Assembly: GCA_018650165.1 (NCBI GenBank)
Contig: JABIGM010000049.1
Location: forward strand, 1-14,195
DNA length: 14,195 bases
Direction of reading: 5' to 3'
DNA from: Methanobacteriota archaeon
Lineage (GTDB): Archaea; Thermoplasmatota; Poseidoniia; Poseidoniales; Poseidoniaceae
Shown: positions 1 through 5,157 of the stretch, one piece after another
Position numbering within the stretch: position 1 is the stretch's first letter
How the letters are laid out: the number at the start of each line of letters is the position of its first letter
Notes under the pieces: model-generated
Seen by the model: only the letters and a program-made list of their open reading frames with translations
Databases searched by the model: none
Told to the model about the DNA's origin: nothing
Translations under genes and position numbers: made by a program

Positions 1-156
1 ACATCAGAAGAGATCACAATCTCTGAATCTGGTACTGACCTATGTAATGGAGCAAACGGCGGCTGTGAAGTCGTAGTTACTCTAACCAAGATTGGTGTTG
101 GCGAAGAAGATGACAAGGTCATCGCAACCGTCACAGCATACGCTGACGCAAACTGA
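1..156 (+). CDS. 3' end of a gene entering from the left; secreted/pilin-like C-terminus (product uncertain)
   Basis: Frame 1 reads TSEEITISESGTDLCNGANGGCEVVVTLTKIGVGEEDDKVIATVTAYADAN* with TGA at 154-156. Beta-rich, acidic, with a Cys pair (C-x6-C), resembling ends of archaeal type IV pilin-like/secreted proteins. The N-terminus is outside the window, so the product call is weak. Confidence 0.6.
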   Translation, partial: TSEEITISESGTDLCNGANGGCEVVVTLTKIGVGEEDDKVIATVTAYADAN

Positions 157-169
157 TTAGATTCAAAGA

Positions 170-198
170 TTTGGAGACCGCTATTGAGCGGCTCAAAA
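170..198 (+). terminator. Hairpin just downstream of the first gene; possible terminator or processing/stability element
   Basis: GAG(A)CCGCT-attg-AGCGGCTC (174-194): 8-bp stem with one bulged A, starting 17 nt after the TGA and flanked by TTT and AAAA. Confidence 0.35.
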
Positions 199-291
199 CG
201 AGTGGTTTAAATGACTTCAATGTAGATTTGAGCGAACATTGATAGACCGTCGAACCAGCACATAGAGAGCAGGTGAACGGGGGTTCAGAAC

Positions 292-813
292 ATGGGTAGC
301 GCAGCAGCATATGAAGCAATTATTGAAGTCAATTATGAACATTGGATTTTAGAGAATGAACTCGACCTAACCATCGAAGATTTCCGTTGTGAAATCGATG
401 TAAGATACCGTCGTCAACACCGACAATTTCCCCTGTGGGATGACGATATGGAAGACCGCCTTGAAGAAATTGCAGATGGTTTTGGATGTGAATTCCTTGA
501 GTCCACTATTTCTGGTGCTGAACAATTAGAAAACAATACCAAATTAAAGCGAGTCAAAGACCAACTACTCCTTCATACCGAAATGTTCCTACGCTACAAA
601 TCACTTGCTGAGAAGCAAGATTACCCACAAAACAGAATGTTCAAGCGCAAGGATATTTGGCGAATCCAGCAAGTTGATTTCAGGGCAAATGAACTTGATG
701 AAGAAGATGCATACATCGAAGCTTTCGAGGAACTAATTGAAGCAGGTTACTTCAAATTAGTTGAACGTGGCGGAGATCACAAGCATGATATCTTCTATTC
801 AGTAGAAGTATGA
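292..813 (+). CDS. Hypothetical protein, 173 aa, acidic, possible C-terminal winged-helix domain
   Basis: ATG at 292 with an in-frame TGA at 274-276, so the start is fixed. GGGGG at 279-283 is a plausible RBS. Natural protein-like composition. The C-terminus EDAYIEAFEELIEAGYFKLVERG...IFYSV has a helix plus beta-hairpin pattern. Confidence 0.85.
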   Translation: MGSAAAYEAIIEVNYEHWILENELDLTIEDFRCEIDVRYRRQHRQFPLWDDDMEDRLEEIADGFGCEFLESTISGAEQLENNTKLKRVKDQLLLHTEMFLRYKSLAEKQDYPQNRMFKRKDIWRIQQVDFRANELDEEDAYIEAFEELIEAGYFKLVERGGDHKHDIFYSVEV

Positions 814-821
814 AAGGCGAT

Positions 822-2258
822 TCAAATTACTGAAACTTCGTTATGTCTTTTCCCATTGTCATTGAGAACTGGAGTGGACTTGTAGGCCATTCCTCTACGC
901 TTTAGGACATCTTCTAAGCCATTTTCTAAATCATGAATCTCAATCTCATTCCTATCACTAGAAATCGCTTCAATCATTGCAGTCTGAACGACTTCACGAA
1001 TCCAAGCACCTGAAAGTCCTCTAGAATTTGTAGCAATCTTGTCGATGGCTTTTCCACCGTGAACCTTAGTCGGCATATTGCGCATTAAGTTCTGAATGAT
1101 TTCTTTACGTTGACTCTTGTCAGGCAAAGGAACTTCGATGATACGGTCAAAGCGACCAGGGCGGTCTGAAATTGCTGGGTCGATATTCTCTGTATGGTTA
1201 GTAGTGGCAAGAATAACAACGCCGTTGTTAGACTCCATTCCATCCATTGCTTGAAGGTACTCTCCAAGGATTGGGTGGTCAGTGAATTTTCTGCTAACTG
1301 TACCTGCTGTATCAATATCTTCGATGATAACCAAAGTTGGAGACAAGCGACGAGCAAGCTTGAATGCTGACTTAACATCATGACGCTGTTGAATCATTTC
1401 AGCAGAGATTAGGATAGTGGTAGTCTCCGATTCAGCAGCTAAAGACTTAGCATACATTGTCTTACCAGTTCCTGGAGCACCAGACAGAATTATACCGCGT
1501 GAATTAGGAAGACCTCTCTCGCCAAGAATAGGCATCAAGCGCAAGAAATCAAGGACGTCTTTCTTCAGTTGTTGACGGATAGCAGGGTTCCAAGCAAGCA
1601 ATTCATCGACCATATCGCTACGCTTCATGAAGTTGTAACTCATATCGAAGAATGCGCCATTTAGAGGACCATTTGCATAGAAGTCATCTTCGAGTTCATC
1701 TAGAAGTTCGAGGCCACGTCCCTCTTCTGTTGTGATGAAGACGATACGCTGATCGCCATCTTGGTCTTTAGACAGAATGGTTGCGAAACGCTCTCCATCT
1801 CTCTCATAATAACGGTAGCCTGACTGCATGAAGCGTTGAGAACCGGTGTCCCCAAGTTGGATATTAGCATAAGTTGCTTGAGTTTCCATTTTGCCCTCAA
1901 GGTCAAACTCTTTGACCAAATCGTCAGAGGAGTAGAAGTTGTCCATGTGTAACTTGATTAGAGAACCCAAGTTGTTGTTCCAATATCTGAAATCCATCTG
2001 GTCTTCCCCGCCGATAAAGTCTCTAGTCATTTGACGTCCTAGAGAGAATTTAGGAGGATTGACTTTGTCCTTAGCAAGCTTCTTCTTGGTTTCATAATCT
2101 TCCAAGTCCACCTCGAATTTACCGAATGGAGTCTTGACTGTGAAGACTGACCCCTCGTGTGATTCTTCCTCTGAGTACCCCATCTCTTCACCCAACTCCT
2201 TAACTTCGTTCAATAAATCGTCTAACTCTTCCAATGCCTCTTCTATTCTTTTGTTCAT
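822..2258 (-). CDS. AAA+ family ATPase (single AAA module; BCS1/YjoB-like Walker B)
   Basis: Walker A GAPGTGKT (1458-1481), Walker B VIIEDID (1311-1331), sensor-1 ATTN, second region of homology DPAISDRPGRFD, AAA lid GLSGAWIREVVQTA, and an acidic N-terminal helix. AGGTGA RBS 4 nt upstream of the ATG. Confidence 0.95.
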   Translation of the reverse strand: MNKRIEEALEELDDLLNEVKELGEEMGYSEEESHEGSVFTVKTPFGKFEVDLEDYETKKKLAKDKVNPPKFSLGRQMTRDFIGGEDQMDFRYWNNNLGSLIKLHMDNFYSSDDLVKEFDLEGKMETQATYANIQLGDTGSQRFMQSGYRYYERDGERFATILSKDQDGDQRIVFITTEEGRGLELLDELEDDFYANGPLNGAFFDMSYNFMKRSDMVDELLAWNPAIRQQLKKDVLDFLRLMPILGERGLPNSRGIILSGAPGTGKTMYAKSLAAESETTTILISAEMIQQRHDVKSAFKLARRLSPTLVIIEDIDTAGTVSRKFTDHPILGEYLQAMDGMESNNGVVILATTNHTENIDPAISDRPGRFDRIIEVPLPDKSQRKEIIQNLMRNMPTKVHGGKAIDKIATNSRGLSGAWIREVVQTAMIEAISSDRNEIEIHDLENGLEDVLKRRGMAYKSTPVLNDNGKRHNEVSVI

Positions 2259-2262
2259 GTTC

Positions 2263-2268
2263 TCACCT
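2263..2268 (-). promoter_or_regulatory. Shine-Dalgarno site (AGGTGA) of the AAA+ ATPase gene
   Basis: Minus strand reads cAGGTGAgaacATG, a typical archaeal SD. Confidence 0.8.
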
Positions 2269-2363
2269 GTATTGTTGCTATATTTGAAAATCTAAAATAT
2301 TCTAAATCCGTCAGAAAATTATCGTGGTTATGCACCGGGGTTCCACAACAAGATATCAGTTTG

Positions 2364-2385
2364 TCAGGGGTGCTATAAACCCTGA
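2364..2385 (-). promoter_or_regulatory. Candidate TATA box (TTTATAG, 2373-2379) enclosed by a 6-bp inverted repeat
   Basis: Plus strand TCAGGG-gtgctataaa-CCCTGA. The spacer reads TTTATAG on the minus strand, about 115 nt upstream of the ATPase ATG. Confidence 0.4.
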
Positions 2386-2445
2386 GAATTACCTTGTATT
2401 GTCGTGAATAAGCGGACTGTGATAATGGAATTACGGGAGTGTTGG

Positions 2446-2521
2446 GGCGAACACAGGGCCAAAGCCCTGTGTCCGCCAGAATCCCTCACATCTCAGTGAG
2501 GTATTACGGACTCAAAGTCCG
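2446..2521 (-). other. Array of three RNA hairpins at and after the stop of the 115-aa gene (3' UTR structure or small RNA)
   Basis: Minus-strand 14-bp stem GGCGGACACAGGGC-UUUG-GCCCUGUGUUCGCC (2446-2477), fully paired with one G-U only on the minus strand. Also CCTCAC/GTGAGG (2484-2501) and CGGACT/AGTCCG (2507-2521, spanning the stop codon). Confidence 0.6.
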
Positions 2522-2859
2522 AAGTGCTCACGTGCCACGGCTCTAAAGTGAGCCATGTGCGCACGGTGTCTAGCAACGAAGTGTCCTGGTATGGCACGAT
2601 CCCATGTGCCTGTAGTCTCGTTCCAGACCTTGTCCCATGTTAGTGTGGACAGTTCAGAGAGCAAGCGCTTGTTGACTAGTTCCTTCTTCTCAGGGGTCTC
2701 ACAGCAAGGTTTGCGTGGACGTGACAGAACCATCATTGCCGGTTTACGACTAGTTGCAACTCTACCTCTTGTTTTCTTATCTTCGTTCTTAGGATGGGTC
2801 TTTACGACGCCTCCCGTTACACGGTCTCTACCGTTGTGTGCTCTTTTGTGATGCTTCAT
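2512..2859 (-). CDS. Small basic His/Cys-containing hypothetical protein, 115 aa
   Basis: ATG with GGGAGAG RBS 9 nt upstream. Codon choice (CAC, TTC, CGT, AAG) looks like real, well-expressed coding sequence. Contains 26 Lys+Arg, 11 Asp+Glu, 9 His and a CC pair. Confidence 0.75.
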   Translation of the reverse strand: MKHHKRAHNGRDRVTGGVVKTHPKNEDKKTRGRVATSRKPAMMVLSRPRKPCCETPEKKELVNKRLLSELSTLTWDKVWNETTGTWDRAIPGHFVARHRAHMAHFRAVAREHFGL

Positions 2860-2868
2860 ATTTTCTAA

Positions 2869-2875
2869 CTCTCCC
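2869..2875 (-). promoter_or_regulatory. Shine-Dalgarno site (GGGAGAG) of the 115-aa gene
   Basis: Minus strand aaaGGGAGAGttagaaaatATG. Confidence 0.65.
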
Positions 2876-2893
2876 TTTACTCCAATAGCTTCG

Positions 2894-2922
2894 GCGGATT
2901 TTCGAGCCCGTAGGCCATCCGC
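2894..2922 (-). other. 5' leader hairpin with cUACGg tetraloop
   Basis: Minus strand GCGGAU-GGCC-UACG-GGCU-CGAAA-AUCCGC: 6-bp stem, 5-nt bulge and 4-bp stem capped by a UNCG-class loop, 18 nt upstream of the RBS. Confidence 0.55.
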
Positions 2923-2984
2923 TTGCCAAAATGGTGATCAGAGGTTAGAGTGCTTGCGCCACACAGTAATATTAGACGCCGTCT

Positions 2985-2992
2985 TACTTAAA
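2985..2992 (-). promoter_or_regulatory. Candidate TATA box (TTTAAGTA) for the 115-aa gene
   Basis: Near-consensus archaeal TATA on the minus strand. It would give a leader of about 100 nt containing the cUACGg hairpin. Confidence 0.4.
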
Positions 2993-3071
2993 CCAAACTA
3001 TGGCTATCCCTTTAACTGCGCTCCATTTTGATAATAAATAGTGAATAAGGTTAGGCTAACGACTCAACCGG

Positions 3072-3088
3072 CACTATCATGAATGGGT
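3072..3088 (+). repeat. 17-bp direct repeat copy 1 (CACTATCATGAATGGGT); candidate promoter/operator of mscS
   Basis: Identical to 5107-5123. Begins 50 nt before the GTG at 3122 and overlaps the left arm of the palindrome at 3076-3101. Confidence 0.85.
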
Positions 3089-3121
3089 TACCTTTCATGA
3101 TTGGAAAGGAGAGCGCGGGTT

Positions 3122-4426
3122 GTGTCACAGATAGACGACGTCATAGACCAGTTGAATGGGCTTGGTTCTTGGGCTCAGTGGGGCGTTGGCATAATTGCAA
3201 CTTTGCTAACTCTAATCATTGTTCGTCTGCTAATGAAAAAGGTAATTCTTGATATCGTAAAGAAAACTGCATTTGATTGGGATGACAAATTATACTCACC
3301 TGTAACCAAGAGAGTATACCTGTTCATCTTATTCGCGGGCACTAATTTAACCATGAAATGGGTCTTAGGAGAGGGGGATTCATTGGTTGATTCCTTCAAT
3401 CCTTTTTTCATGGCTACCTATATTTTTCTTTCAACATCTCTAACTAGTGTTGTTCTTAGAACGTTGATTCCAGTAATTATGGATAGATACTCAGACCCTT
3501 CAAGTGTTACTGTTTCAGGAAGCAATTCACTGATCATATTCATATTCCGTGCAGCCGTTTGGTTTGGAGGATTATACCTTGCACTATCCGAACTTGGAAT
3601 CGAATTGTTTGGAGTTCTTGCATCATTAGCCGTATTCTCTCTAATCATCGGATTAGCAATGCAGCAGACACTTGGTAACATCGTAAACTCATTCATGCTT
3701 GCATTAGACCAGCCTTTCGAAGTAGGAGACCGGATCGAAGTTGAAGGCAAAATCGGCTCTGTTGTATCGGTTGGAATCCTTTCGACAAAAATCCTCACAC
3801 ACGAAGAAAACCTGGTAGTTATTCCAAACAACAGTCTGGTTAATTCCACTGTGATTAACCACGCACGTGGTGGAGGAGATGGAGTAGGACGAAGAATCTC
3901 ATTAGTTCAGGATATCGGAGTCGGATATGACGAAGACATTTCTCACGTCAAGTACACCGTCCTGAAATTAATGCGAGAGTGTCCTTATGTAATCTCCAAA
4001 CCTGAACCTCGTGTTCTTCTAATTGAATTAGGTGATTTCGCCAAGGTATTCAGAATGTATGGATGGGTTGAAGACTACTCAGATGAATTCGTTGCCAGAG
4101 ACTGGCTGCTCAAGAATGTCGATGAACAGTTCTCTACTGAAGGAATCGAAATACCGTTCCCGACATCGGTTGAAATTTCAGGAAAGCAAAGTCCTGCCTT
4201 CAACAAGAGCCACAAGACTGCTAGCATACGCAAGGCAAGGCTACAAATGGTCAAAGAAGACAAGCAGTTGAGCAAAGAGCGTGCTGCAGCTAAAGAAGAA
4301 ATAGAATCTATTAATGAGAAGTTGGAAGACCCAGATTTGGATAAGAAGACTCGAAACTTACTCGAAGAAGATCTCAGAGAACTCAACAGTCTCCTGAGTA
4401 TGTTCGAAGCCGGTGGCGATGATTGA
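3122..4426 (+). CDS. mscS: MscS-family mechanosensitive ion channel with a C-terminal helical extension
   Basis: N-terminal TM helices, TM3 IGLAMQQTLGN, beta-domain DQPFEVGDRIEV...GILSTKI...VVIPNNSL, alpha/beta domain DIGVGYDED...PEPRV and terminal GIEIPFP. Start reassigned from TTG 3101 to GTG 3122 because AGGAG (3107-3111) lies inside the TTG-started ORF, 10 nt before the GTG. Confidence 0.93.
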   Translation: MSQIDDVIDQLNGLGSWAQWGVGIIATLLTLIIVRLLMKKVILDIVKKTAFDWDDKLYSPVTKRVYLFILFAGTNLTMKWVLGEGDSLVDSFNPFFMATYIFLSTSLTSVVLRTLIPVIMDRYSDPSSVTVSGSNSLIIFIFRAAVWFGGLYLALSELGIELFGVLASLAVFSLIIGLAMQQTLGNIVNSFMLALDQPFEVGDRIEVEGKIGSVVSVGILSTKILTHEENLVVIPNNSLVNSTVINHARGGGDGVGRRISLVQDIGVGYDEDISHVKYTVLKLMRECPYVISKPEPRVLLIELGDFAKVFRMYGWVEDYSDEFVARDWLLKNVDEQFSTEGIEIPFPTSVEISGKQSPAFNKSHKTASIRKARLQMVKEDKQLSKERAAAKEEIESINEKLEDPDLDKKTRNLLEEDLRELNSLLSMFEAGGDD

Positions 4427-4438
4427 TAGGGTGGGTAA

Positions 4439-5098
4439 ATGAGCGATTTACCAGTTCAGAACACGCTTGATTTGCGATATATGCAAATTGAGATGAATCT
4501 ACTGACCGGAAATGTACTCCCCGGCTCTAACTTAACGGATTCGTTTTTGAACAGTGAATTTGTAACACTGATCGAACAAACAAAATCCGGCCTGATATGC
4601 TATCTCAAATTTGAATTTAATGACATTTCTGCCCTAGATAATGACCATGGGGGCTTGGATATTCTCGAAATAAAATCTTTGACTAAGCATTCTGCTTTGG
4701 CTAGAGTGATATTGAATGGGCCCATAGCAATGATGTTCTGTGAAGACAATGAAGTGTGGTGGGTAAATCCGACATATCTCAACCAGACTGGTCTTTCTCT
4801 AACCATTCGAGGAACTCGTGCTGGTATGACGAGAATTAGAGAAAACTTATCTCAGCTAGTAGGGAACGGGTACAGTGTTAAATTAGGTGCTGAATCGATG
4901 CACAGCCCGGAGTTTAGAGATATGCTTCCTCATAAGCAAAGAATGGTGCTAGATAAGGCGATTGAAATGGGCTACTATAGTAGGCCACGAGGCTGTACAC
5001 AACGAGATATTGCCGAAGTCATGAATATCAAGCAAGCAACAGTCAGTGAGCACCTACAATCTGCTGAATCAAAGATCATTAATTCCATCGGAAATTAA
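4439..5098 (+). CDS. Transcriptional regulator with a C-terminal HTH_10 (bacterio-opsin activator-like) domain
   Basis: C-terminal LPHKQRMVLDKAIEMGYYSRPRGCTQRDIAEVMNIKQATVSEHLQSAESKII matches the HTH_10 pattern (GYY..PR..T...IA......TVSEHL..AE.K). The roughly 160-aa N-terminal domain is a putative sensor. Starts 12 nt after the mscS stop, so it is likely co-transcribed. Confidence 0.9.
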   Translation: MSDLPVQNTLDLRYMQIEMNLLTGNVLPGSNLTDSFLNSEFVTLIEQTKSGLICYLKFEFNDISALDNDHGGLDILEIKSLTKHSALARVILNGPIAMMFCEDNEVWWVNPTYLNQTGLSLTIRGTRAGMTRIRENLSQLVGNGYSVKLGAESMHSPEFRDMLPHKQRMVLDKAIEMGYYSRPRGCTQRDIAEVMNIKQATVSEHLQSAESKIINSIGN

Positions 5099-5106
5099 TC
5101 GAGACT

Positions 5107-5123
5107 CACTATCATGAATGGGT
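5107..5123 (+). repeat. 17-bp direct repeat copy 2 (CACTATCATGAATGGGT); candidate promoter/operator of the giant gene
   Basis: Identical to 3072-3088. Begins 8 nt after the HTH_10 stop and 51 nt before the ATG at 5158. Confidence 0.85.
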
Positions 5124-5157
5124 GTAGACCTATGTCTCTAGCGCGTACACGCGAGGC

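Noticed and set aside
131-319. 62-aa minus-strand ORF
   Set aside because: It overlaps two plus-strand genes and has no recognisable motif.
1085-1906. Alternative-frame ORFs 1085-1381 and 1700-1906
   Set aside because: They lie inside the well-supported AAA+ ATPase gene.
2291-2306. TCTAAA repeated at 10-bp spacing upstream of the ATPase
   Set aside because: Short repeats in an AT-rich tract with no further support.
2500-2750. RNase P RNA-like fragments (AAAGTCC at 2514-2520; ACAGAA and CCGGTTTA near 2724-2745)
   Set aside because: The GAGGAAAGUCC context and P4 pairing are missing, and the region is better explained as a minus-strand CDS.
2555-2851. 98-aa plus-strand ORF antisense to the basic protein
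   Set aside because: The RBS, codon usage and strand-specific hairpins all favour the minus-strand ORF.
2894-2941. Hammerhead-like words (CTGATCA and GAAA) in the minus-strand leader
   Set aside because: CUGAUCA breaks the CUGANGA core and the stem order does not fit any hammerhead topology.
2368-2956. CIRCE-like half-sites (GGGTGCTAT at 2368-2376 and GAGTGCTTG near 2948-2956)
   Set aside because: Neither has a matching TTAGCACTC arm at 9-bp spacing.
2404-3049. GTGAATAAG at 2404-2412 and 3041-3049
   Set aside because: A 9-bp match is expected by chance in this much intergenic DNA.
3050-3060. GTTAG-g-CTAAC palindrome upstream of mscS
   Set aside because: Only 5-bp arms, with orientation and spacing unlike the CTAAC-N5-GTTAG HSR1 site, and no second copy seen.
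3175-4806. Antisense or alternative-frame ORFs within mscS and the regulator
   Set aside because: They lie inside clearly identified genes and have no independent support.
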